Assembly (NCBI GenBank): GCA_965153285.1
Contig: OZ229113.1
Source of the DNA: Podarcis tiliguerta
Lineage: Eukaryota
Reading direction: 5' to 3' (one strand)
Length of the DNA stretch: 64,000 bases
A program made the position numbers and the translations under genes. Each line of letters opens with the position of its first letter. Position 1 is the first letter of the stretch. The notes under the pieces were generated by a model. That model ran no database searches and had not been told where the DNA came from. It saw nothing but the letters and a program-made list of their open reading frames with translations. Positions 1 through 11,166 of this stretch are shown here, piece after piece.

Positions 1-1023
1 AATAAATAGCTTCTGTCAAATCCAAGACCAGATCTTGATGCAATGTAATGTAGTAGTTTGTCTTGTTAGATATAAAAATTAGTCTGTTAAAATGCATTAA
101 CTTAAGTGAAAAATACTTAAAATTCAAAATTATTAGCTGATCATAACGAAATAACATGATTATATAGTGGTTAAAATTTCTATTTCTATTTCCTTGCTTT
201 TTGTAAATTTAAAGAAATAGACTAATATAAAAATTGATGAGCATATAAAATACACATTCTGTACAATGAAGTTTATTTAGATCCCATGGACTGACTCTCA
301 AAAACCAATTTAAAAGTAAAGTTGGAGAAGCTGTCACTGAAAATCTTTGCAGTTAAAAAGCAAAAAAACCCATAAATGATAATGTTATAAAATCTCTCCT
401 GCCTGGATGAGCTTCAGTGTTCAAATGTTAATAGGATCTGCATTAAACACACACACAACCAAAACCCTGGATCATATTCAACGTAAAAAGTCTGTGAAAC
501 AGACTTTTTCCATATTATGACCTCAGTCCTAAGTTTCCCCGCCCCTGCAAAGTGCTAGTTATTTGAATTGGATAAATGCCAGAATTCATTCTCTTGTTAT
601 TTTGCCTTCTGTCCAACACATTTCTATCCTTCTTAAAACTATTAATTCTCTATTGACTCAAATTACAGAATTTCTTAACCAACATTAGCTGAGAATGGAG
701 AGGTAAACCAAAAAGGATTTTGAAAAGTTTACAGTTACAGACAAATTGTTTAAACTAACACAACTTTAAATCTATTTGGAGATGCAAGAAGGAAGGAGCA
801 ATTTTAATTTGTAAATTTGGATTACAAATCACACCTGCAACTTTTCAGCAATTTTCCGTTTTATTGGAATGATGTGTTAAATAGCCCAAACATATTGTGG
901 TAAGACTAAAGTATGTCTTCCCATAAACAGACTCCCAGTAGTACGAAAATGGGAGTACTTCTACATTGATTTGCATCTCAAATGTTTGGTGCCCTAGAAT
1001 ATTAAAACCAAAATCAGCTTTAA

Positions 1024-1270
1024 GAGAGCCAGTGTGGTGTAGTGGTTAAGAGCGGTAGTCACGTAATCTGGGTAACCGGGTTCGCGTCTCCGCTCCTCCA
1101 CAAGCAGCTGCTGGGTGACCTTGGGCCAGTCACAGTCTCTCAGCCCCACTCACCTCACAGAGTGTTTGTTGTGGGGGAGGAAGGGAAAGGAGAATGTTAG
1201 CCGCTTTGAGACTCCTTAAAGGGAGTGAAAGGCGGGATATCAAATCCAAACTCTTCTTCTTCTTCTTCTT
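1024..1270 (+). mobile_element. Squam3-like (Ther1/MIR-derived) tRNA SINE
   Basis: tRNA-like head GAGAGCCAGTGTGGTGTAGTGGTTAAGAG with B-box GGTTCG; MIR-like core GGGTGACCTTGGGCCAGTCAC; (CTT)n tail; CTTTAAGA on both flanks (1018-1025, 1268-1275). Confidence 0.88.
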
Positions 1271-3219
1271 TAAGAATGTTGTGCCTTCCACAGTTCACTA
1301 TCAGTATCAGAACCAGGCTGGGAAACTTAGAACAGCATAGTACAGAGGGGTGTGTGGTTGGGTTAAGGCTATCACAAGTTTTGTTCCCTATGTGCTCCTT
1401 TTACTGTTTAACTCCCACCCCCTACTTTGCAGTCAAAGCCATGAGAACAAGCCACCCCACCTCTCAGTCATGTTATCACCAATCCCTACTGAACATCTAG
1501 GTTCAGGCAGTTTGCTGCAGTTGGTGACAACTGTTCATTGCTGTCTCCGTGTCTCTCGTGGCATGCTACTGAGGAGCAGCCTGGCAGGCCTATTCCCATC
1601 AATAATGATGTTGTTCCCAGTGTATACACTAAGCACTCGTGAGGACAGTTCATTGTGTAGGCTCTCCAAGAGTTCTCCTTGGAGCCACCACCATGGATGG
1701 GCAGGCAGTCAGTTGGCAACTGGTAGGGAGCAAATGCCAGCAGAAGTCAAGGCCAGAACGTCCACACCCAAAACATGAAGCTGAGCCTAATTGCTGTAGT
1801 GTCTTTCCTTTCGTACTCTGCACTCGAAAGTATGGTTTCTAGTAGGGGAGATCCAGACCCTGTGTCCAGGAATCTCTGGAATCTACGGATTGCTAGGCAC
1901 TTGCTGCATGTGCCACTGTACTTGATACTGGCGAGGGTGTCATGGTGTCCTTGCATCTGCCAGGTTGTGTTATGCATACAGGTATGTTCCCATTATTATG
2001 CATGAGTTTGTGTCTTCCATGTATGTGCATTGCCACCACAACACTCCATGATCAGTGGAAGCCAACTATTTTGCTATGGTTGCTGGAGGAGTGACAGTGG
2101 GAGCTGCTATGTGCTCTTTACTTTTTGTACTGCTCCTGTTTTCCTCTTGACTTTGCTGCAAAGAGCAAATAGGATCCCGACTAAACTGCTTTAACATTCC
2201 ACTGGCATGAATTAGCTGCCAGCTTGCCAGAACTACTAGGACTGCCCTATCTGACAAGTTGCCACCTCTCAGCCTTAGCTTTTTCCATGTGTAACTTGGA
2301 TGTAGAAACAGCGATAACAAAGAGTATCAACATCCTTCAAAGGGACCACTGATATAAGGTATGCAGAACACTTTTGAGTTCTATGGGGTAGAGGGGAGAA
2401 ACATTCTGGAAATACTAAACATTATTATGATTATCATTCAGTAGACAGAGAAGGGCATCAAAGTGTATTACAAATGATTGATAAGGTACAGGAAAGAAGT
2501 GGAAATTAAAAGAACCCAAATACGCTCTGCCTATGAAACATCCACTGCCTTTTGTTGAAATTTCAGTACAGAATTTACATTTTCTCTGTTCCCAACATCA
2601 GTTCAGAGATAAAAGGGCTAGTTCCAGAAAACCAAATGGATTCTGCCTTCACCTTGCACTCCAACGTACACAGCACCAATTTATAACCTCAGAAAGAAAC
2701 CTATTTATTTCCTGAGACTTTTTTTTTTCATCTCAGAGATAGGTTATTGTTTCTTTACATATTTTAAGTAAGGTTTTGATTAAGATTGCATCCTCTGGAA
2801 AAGAAACAGTCATCAAAAGAAAGAAGCAAAGACAGTAAACTATACTGCCTTATCTTTCTCTAGCCTTCTAAAAATTCTGCACAACACTTACATCATCTTA
2901 TCTTCCTGTCTCATTCTAAATATTTAATTTATAGTATTTCACATTGCCTTCCTGTGTCTGTATCATCCAAGTACAGATCAACAAACCATTTACTGTAATA
3001 AACTACTATACTGCAGAGCTGACCTAAGCAAAACATATTCCAAATGGGTTAATCGCCAATACTTTTTTTTTTTTAAGTTTCTACTTTTAGCATCCATTGA
3101 TTTATTATTTATTTTTTTTGGTCATATGACAAACACATGCAAAAGTCTGCGAGAAAAGACACCTAGGATCTATTCTGTACTAGATAGGGATGTGGGAAAC
3201 AGTATATTTTGATTCACCC

Positions 3220-3480
3220 TGAGGTTGCCATATTTCTAAAAGTGAAAAACTGGAGAGGTTTTTGGGCAAAGTTGCTGAGGTTTTTTCGGGGGGGGGGGGT
3301 GTGTGTGGAGGTTTTGGCCAAAGTTGTTTCCAAAAGAAATGAAGTTTTCCAGCTATTTTAAAGGAAATTTCCAACATGGATTTCCCCAGAGAATTTCGTG
3401 ATTTTAGGAAATTCCACCCAGACACTATTTTCGACAGGCAAATCCCATATATGTTCATGAAAATCTGGACGTATCGCAGC
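3220..3480. mobile_element. degenerate hAT-like MITE fragment
   Basis: GAGGTTGCCATATTTC terminus resembles (T)AGGGTTGCCA TIRs; ends uncertain. Confidence 0.35.
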
Positions 3481-5184
3481 CCTATTTTATGTGATTTTTT
3501 AATCATTTGAATATACAGTATATCTAACATCAATATTATACACATCGTTAGATTTAACTATTTCGATATAAAGAAACAGAACTTTCTAAGGTTGTGTGCA
3601 TGCTCTGTAGAGGAAGCTACCAAAGGTGTTTATTTTCCAAGTAAAAAGTAGTTTATTGTGCTGTGCATGTGTGTATGTTTGAGTGGATTTCCAAATGGGT
3701 ATTAATAAATGCCTGACATTGTCTTTAAAATTCTAGCCATTGAAGTGAGCACAATAATATTTGACAGTAGGTGGTTAGCTTTCCTCAAGTCATGCTCAAA
3801 GTAAACAGGTGGAAACAGTACAATGAAGCTAGTACATTTTGTGCCAGATATTTGGTTTAAGGATAAATATCAGACTTTTTCCAGCACAATTTTCAAGACC
3901 TCCATCACTCTAAGAAACACTAACTTCATTCATTATAAAACTGGTACATTTTTTGTAGGCTGTCTAGGTGGGGGTGGGGTGGGGAGAAATTCCCACAGGC
4001 AGATATTACAAGGAATCACTGATGCAGTATAAAAATGCTAAGAAAAAGAAGCCCCAGAGGTTATAATTTTTTTAAAAAGAAAAAACCGTACAAATATATT
4101 TCCTTTGTTGTATGCCATTGGGGTTTTTCTTTAATTATACATATAAAATAGGCTCTGCTCCTCACAACAATTAAGGTGAACAAGGCAGAAATCAAACACA
4201 TCCATTTGCAGGTTCGCCATACAATCACGGAGCTAATTTTATATGTAAAGAAGAAAGAAGAAAGTGTTTAGTTGATAAGAGGGCACGCTAGTGACCTTCA
4301 CTTCCTGTGTGATGCTCAAAGGAGAGACCCATGCATCTACCCTGCGGAGATATATATTTGATCCACCTACATCTGTTACTCTCAGACGTTACGGCTCAGA
4401 AGATACATTAATTCCTGTTCCAGTCATTATATGAAAGCAGAACAAGAGCAATTCCTGTGTCTGTTGCTGTCATCTGTTTGCAATGCCTGAAGACAGCCAT
4501 AACATCTTGTATCTAGTGCAATAGTGGCACCTTCAGAATAATAGCTGTTTCCCTTATATCCAATTTTCAAATTGCGTGGTGTCTCTCTCCTTGAAACCGT
4601 AACACACCTGTGCCACACTGTTTCTGGCAACCTCCTGAGTTTAAAAAAAAGATGATGATGCAGTTCAAAACAAGGGAATGGCTTGTTGAGGCATGAGTTT
4701 TTATAGGACAGAGTCTACTTCATTACATACAAAAGGTAGATTGAAAAATTATATCTATTTAGCATCTTTAAGCAATGCAGCAAAACCTGGCAGTGGTTTT
4801 ACAGTGCTACCAGAGGTGGTTTTAGGGTAGCGCAACCAATTTGGCTGCACTGGAGGGGGCACCACAACAATGCTGTAGAAAAGAGTGTGAGAGGTTGGCA
4901 GAGGGGTGCTGCTGAATTCTGCCATTGCACAGGGCGCCATTGAAATTTGAGAGCCCAAAGTCTGCCATTGGTGTTATTAGGGATGTAAGAAGGCAGTGGT
5001 TCCCATTCTTTGTCAAAATTTGCAGTGTTTCCGTTCTGCAGCAGTTCAGTTTCTGCCAGATTTTCCGTTATATGTCATTATTTATGTAGCCTACATTCAT
5101 TTCATTGTAAAGGAAACACTGAACTATTGCCAAAAAGTCATGAATTATGTACTGCAGATCTTTTTCTTTTTTCTTTAATGACAA

Positions 5185-5786
5185 TGTCATGAGCCCCACA
5201 GTGACAGACTAGGAGGGGTAGTCCTTGCAGGATTTGTCAGAAGGAGAGGAAGAATGGAAGCAGATTACTGAGTCGCTTGGCAATGGGGTTGCGGATAGTC
5301 TGTTAGGAGACATCCCCACCCAGATGTTGCCATTCGTCCCAGTGGAGAAGGGGGAGCTGAGCAAGTCAGTCATTACCCTACCTTAAGACTGAGGTTGCTG
5401 AAACAACCTGGGGGGGAACCTGGGTTGCATAGTGAGCTGGCATAACAAATTCAGGCCCTGCCTCCAAGGATGCACTATTACATGCACTGACAGAAGCAGA
5501 CCCACCCTACTTCCAGTGGTGCCTGTTGGCTTGCCCAGTTTCATTGTATGGGCTGAGAACTTCAGAAAGGTTGTGCTTGCCGCACCCTTCAAAATGGGAG
5601 CAAAGGGGGCATGTCAAGTGTTGAGACACTGTCTTAGCTTGTTCCTAGCCATGTAGCTCAGAGACCTACTTCTGAACAATTGATTCTGCTACCTGTATCT
5701 TGAACTATGTTTCAGTTGTGGAATAAAGTCTTCATGAATTACTGAGCCTAGAGTCCAAGTACTGAGTATGAGAGCCAAGGCAGACA
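5185..5786 (+). mobile_element. solo LTR (Gypsy/ERV-like)
   Basis: Starts TGTCA, ends AGACA; AATAAA at 5722-5727; flanks ACAA/ATAA (possible TSD, one mismatch); more GC-rich than the flanks. Confidence 0.6.
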
Positions 5787-8508
5787 ATAACACGAACAAT
5801 GGTATTTATTGACTGATTTCCTTTCCTGATCACAGATGAACACACAAACTGCAGTGATTTCCTTTTCTGCTTCATCCCTAAGTGCCTCTGGATGTGGTTT
5901 TTCAGAACAGAAGTCTGGAAAAACTGTGGCCAAAAGAGCCAATTGTCTCAGTGTACATTGTAGGACTAGTAGGCACTCCTAGACTCTATTATTATTATTA
6001 TTATCTTGCCTGGAACTTTGTGAGATAAATAGATGCCAGAAGCGATGACATTTAGTTATCTTTTTTTCTTTTTTTTAGTTTTTGGTAATGGAGTAATCCA
6101 GATAGGAGGGAGTTGATTTCCTCCCTTCAGAAAGACTTAAATGTAAATGTTCCACTCATGAATGGCTCTCCGCCTGATTCAGGAGGGTAATAAACCTGTC
6201 TGTGAGAGTAATGTTCGTTGGAAGCAATAAATCCAGTGAAAGGATGAATTAACTGCCATTGTACCTATGAATGTTCAGTTTGTATATGGAGTTTCAGATT
6301 TGCAGAAACAAAATCAACTTGTTCCTTTTGAGTTTATAAGGTCACTAAGCAATTACTTTATATACATATGCTTTATAGACTTTTTTTGCAGATAAGAATC
6401 CTTCATATTTTTGTTGTTATTGTTGGGACCGAAGGAACTGTGAACAGACCACTCACTTTGGGAAATGCCACTGGCTCCTATTTGACATTAGTAAACCGAT
6501 AACAAGCTACTTGAAAATTTGACTTAATAGTGAAATTTCAAACCATTTTTTCTAAGTGTGTTTTAGCTCACTAACCTCAGTTCCTTTCCTAAAAGGGCCG
6601 TGAATAAAAAAAAAGAAGGTAAGTGTGCACCATGGAGTAAGAGGTGCTCACCCAGCTGCCTCCATCTCTCTTTCCTTTTTTGGCCTCCTCCTTTTTCTTA
6701 ATTTCTGCAATTCAGGAGGAGCTGTTATGCTCCATATCAACCAGGAGCATAGGGATGATGCTGTAATAGGCTATGTTGCCATGAATAGGCTATGTTGCCA
6801 TGAATGGAGGCCCAGTGATTCAGGTGAGAACTTGCCATATAACTGAATCAGAGAGCTGCAGTTCATTAGAAACATCCGGGGATGATTTCAGCTTGTGGGA
6901 TTCTGAGCCTGCATGGTCTTCTGCCTTGAACTAGTCATAGAATGTGTGGGAAGAATTACTCACCCCTCGTATTCTGTAACAAAGATTTTGCTACCAGACT
7001 CTTGTCAATTTTCTTTTTTCTTTTTGGATTTGTTTTGAGGAGGTACCTACATGCTTTACTGTTATTAAGAACATTCTGCACCCAATCACCCTCACTGTGC
7101 CTTTACATGATACAATACTCTCTGAACCAAAGGGTATCAATAACTGACATGATGCACTCTAAAACTCACAGGTCTGTACTGTTACATGAAAAATTGCCCA
7201 TTCAAACAAGTAAAAAGTTGAGACTTAACTCTGACCATTTGACCTAAATTGAGTTTACTTATGTAGCCAGGATTTCTTTGATTTCCCCCCAACCTTGAAA
7301 CCTCAGTCTGTTTATTTGTTGATTTGGTGTTTTATAGTGGTAGAAACAGTTGAATATTTTTTAAATATTGAAACAAAACGAATAAAAGGAGCTGCTCTCA
7401 CCTTAGAATGGTGAATACTGATGTATTACAAATACATTTTCTTTTCTTTTTCACTACTTTTGCTAATTCAAAACCATCAACTAATCGAGGGAGACCCCAG
7501 ATAAGAAAGTATAAATGGATTTCTTTAATTCAAAGGCGAAGCTGCAGAATGCAGCATTTAAAAATTGCATCAGTGCATCTAAGGCGAAATGCAACATGAT
7601 ATGTTTTAACTAGTGAGTCAAGCTCCTGATTTCATTCAGGAAGCCTTTCAATTTTTTATGAAATTATACCATCCTTACTCAAAAAGTATACATTCTCTTT
7701 GTTATGTATGCTCTTTAGAAATCAAGCGATATTAAAGCTTACTAGACAATTATTGAAAAATTCATCGCTGAAAGCATATTTTACAGCAGCCTTTTAAAAG
7801 TAGAGAGAATCTCAAATGGATACAATTCTTTTGGCAAGGAAAATGAAACTATACCCATTATTTCTGGCCACAAATATAAAACTGACTTACGATGTATGTG
7901 ATGTACTGTTTTCTGGATTCTTTGATTCAACATCACCTTTTCCTTGGAAAAAGAAAAAGAAATGAATATTAATCATCCATAATTGGAGAGGTCAGTACAT
8001 TATGTTAACAGCTTTTCAGAATGCATATAATCACATTTTTTAAGGCTACATGTGGCTATAGGGAACATAGTTGAAATTTATTAATGCAATTAGTGATAGC
8101 TTTGCCTTTTAGAATCTCTTGAGTTTGATCCAGACCATGCTCAGAAATTAATGAGACTTAGGTTGGTCATGACTAAGTCCCATGCCACACTAAATGGCAA
8201 TAGTTAGGAGGCATCTCTGCCTAGCTATTCTTTTCCTGCCCTATGTGCCTTTAAGAATTAACATACCACTTAGAAGTAAAGCTTCAAATCTAATGTCCCC
8301 ATTGACTGCTCTTAAATCAACATGTGATACAAAGCCTGAGTCACCCACAATGCTCTGATTGGTCAAGAAGGGAGATTCTGTGCTTGGAATAATCCTTTTT
8401 TGGGGTAAAATCTTCCCATAAAGACAATGAAGGATACTGTGTTCCCTTGAAGTCTAACCAATTTGTTATAGCATAAGCTTTCATAGACTGGAAACCATCA
8501 GAAAGGCT

Positions 8509-8813
8509 TAAAGGTAAAGGTAAAGGTAAAGGTAAAGGTACCCCTGCCCGTACGGGCCAGTCTTGACAGACTCTAGGGTTGTGCGCCCATCTCACTCAAA
8601 GAGGCAGGGGGCCAGCGCTGTCTGAAGACACTTCCGGGTCACGTGGCCAGCGTGACATCGCTGCTCTGGCAAGCCAGAGCCGCACACGGAAACGCCGTTT
8701 ATCTTCCCGCTAGTAAGCGGTCCCTATTTATCTACTTGCACCCGAGAGTGCTTTCGAACTGCTAGGTTGGCAGGCGCTGGGACGGAACAGCGGGAGCGCA
8801 CCCCGCCGCGGGG
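8509..8813 (-). mobile_element. Sauria (Squam1) SINE, 5'-truncated
   Basis: (AAAGGT)n tail on plus strand; body is the reverse complement of the full copies at 23436 and 56270; breaks at CCCCGCCGCGGGG. Confidence 0.93.
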
Positions 8814-8824
8814 TTGTAAGAAAG

Positions 8825-9034
8825 GCAAGTAGATAAATAGGGACCGCTTACTGGCGGGAAGGTAAACGGCGTTTCCGTGTGCTGCGCTGGCTCGCCAGAT
8901 GCAGCTTTGTCACGCTGGCCATGTGACCCGGAAGTGTCTCCGGACAGCGCTGGCCCTCGGCCTCTTAAGTGAGATGGGCGCACAACCCTAGAGTCTGTCA
9001 AGACTGGCCCGTACGGGCAGGGGTACCTTTACCT
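8825..9034 (+). mobile_element. Sauria (Squam1) SINE, 3' portion
   Basis: GCAAGTAGATAAATAGGGACCGC...GGCCCGTACGGGCAGGGGTACCTTTACCT. Confidence 0.93.
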
Positions 9035-9550
9035 AATTTCAAAGGATGGCTTTATTTTGGCCTGCATATTGTTTTGGATGAATTATCAAATGTTTAAATT
9101 CAGGCTGAGAACTACTTCTTGGAGTGGAGAAGGAAAAATGCACATGTCTCTGTTTCATTTGTATTTTTTTAAATCAAATATTCTGATGAACCTCAATAAG
9201 GGGGAACTAGCATAAAATAGCAAAGCAACACCTTTGTTGTCTTTGTGTATAACTTCTGTTGTTTAGAATATCTATCTTTTTCCTAAAGGAGGAATGCTTA
9301 TTGCTAGGAGCCCTACTGCATTAATAATTGCAGAATGTACAGAAAGCACTGTAGATAAAAAAGTAATTTCAGGAGAGAGGCAATTATATGTTAACTGCTG
9401 GGAAAAAAGAATAATCTAAATGGGATGCACTCATCAGAGCACTGTATCTATGTCTATAACATAGACACTATTGCCTTCTTAGAATGCTCAAGTAAGGAGG
9501 GGCCTGCTGGACTCTCTCCAAATTTGTAAAATAATTTTGATATTCAATAT

Positions 9551-9650
9551 CAGGGGTAGCTAATGTGGTACCTTCCATATGCTCTTGGGCTACAACTTCC
9601 ATCATCCCTGATCACTGGCTAGGAATAATGGGAGTTTTAGGGAACTATAT
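9551..9650. mobile_element. degenerate hAT MITE
   Basis: CAGGGGTAGCTAA start and GGGCTACAACTTCCATCATCCCTG core, similar to the palindromic MITE at 54026. Confidence 0.5.
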
Positions 9651-11117
9651 TGACTTCTCCAAATTTCTAATTTATCATCTTCAAACACTAGCTGTTGCTT
9701 GCAATGGCCTCATTTGGATGCAGTGCTAAACCATAGTTTAGTGCTAAAAAACTAGCATGGCTGGTTCTTGGGTTTGAGTGCTCCCCACTCTTCTTCCAGT
9801 GTGGCCACAAGGACATTTACTTCCTGCTTCAAATTAACCACCATTTGTCATTACGTCTGAACTGGGACAAGCTGGTTCTTATTAATGATGGTTAGCTTGG
9901 CCAAGCCAACTTCAGAAAATAGTTCATAATCCTAGCTCGTTCAGATAAATTATTGTTAAACTAACCGCAGTTTCCAGTTTGGACATAAAGACAACTGTGG
10001 TTAGTTGAAAACAGAAGCAAACATTTTCAGTCTCCACATATTGTGGCAGGATGTGTGTGTGAGTTAGAAAATAATGTGCTGTTATTCAGTAAGCAGCCAG
10101 GGGGAACACTACTATGTGCACCAACAACCCTCTCCTCTTCATGGCAATTTTCTCTTTCCATTATTAGTATGTTTCACAATCTGATGCAGGAGATGATTGT
10201 CAGCGCTATGCAAACATTCTGATTTCAAACAAGTTATTCATGTAGCAAATTATTCAAGTTATGCTTCCCTTAAGTTGTATTCAGAGCAGTTGGCTCATCT
10301 TAATCTCCAGTTTTCTCTTTAGGACTTCCTGCTGTTGCTGCTTATATGGCTACTGAAACCCACGCTCCTTACCATTTCATTATTTCTGCAATGCTAGTTC
10401 TTCCCAGCACTGTCAAACACTGGCTGGTAATTAACAAGCACCACACTCTACTGCATTTGGCCACACCGCTTTTAATCCTCGACCTTTCCCTTAGAAAAGT
10501 GCTGCCCTATATTACACCAAAAGCCTTCTAACATCCTTGCTCAGTAGGTGACCCTTCTTCTCAAAGCTCATCTGTTGGCACAGAGCATTTTTCGTCTTCA
10601 AACACAGCTTCTGTAATAGTGCTATCTGCTGCAAAACAGATCATGAAGCTAACACAATATAGCTTATGAACAGGATGCTTTCAGGTTGGGAATAGGACAG
10701 GGCCATGCATCTTTAATATTGTTATAGATTTTGGTAGAATTAGCAAAAGTTGGAATTAATGAAGATTTGTTTGAGCTGTGGCTGACACAGAAATTCCCGG
10801 ACTTCGTCTATGCTAAGGTGTCAAACCAGCCTGGCAAGGCTGGCTGAGTGCAGCCATTAAGAAACAAAGCCATCATTAGGGCCAGAGTTTCTCTGCTGGT
10901 GGACAGAGAGGGAAGTTTCCATGTTATGGTGGGTGCAGAAAGGTTTAGGATTTTAGCTTCCATGACATAGGTAAACAGGGAGGCAGGCTGTGCCCATGGG
11001 GGGGGGGGGAGTGTCATTTCACATGAGGTTTGGGTTTTTCTGGCCAGGGCCTTTGGGCAGCAGGAGAGTGGAGCCAGAACTCCAGGCAGAGGCCATACAG
11101 GGTATAACCATCTTGGC

Positions 11118-11166
11118 TGGTCCTTGACCGCAATAAAGACCGACTGATTGATTGATTGATTGAACG
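11118..11166 (+). mobile_element. extremely 5'-truncated RTE-X-type LINE 3' end (49 bp)
   Basis: TGGTCCTTGACCG hairpin, AATAAA and (GATT)n tail, flanked by perfect 12-bp TSD AACCATCTTGGC (11106-11117, 11167-11178). Confidence 0.8.

Noticed and set aside
1024-1100. tRNA-like sequences (also 23436, 45690-45757, 54230-54296)
   Set aside because: SINE heads with Pol III boxes; no complete cloverleaf and contiguous with SINE bodies
10323-10426. AG..GT-bounded exon-like segment (also an acceptor near 40943)
   Set aside because: Translations match nothing I recognise, and such splice-like sites are common by chance
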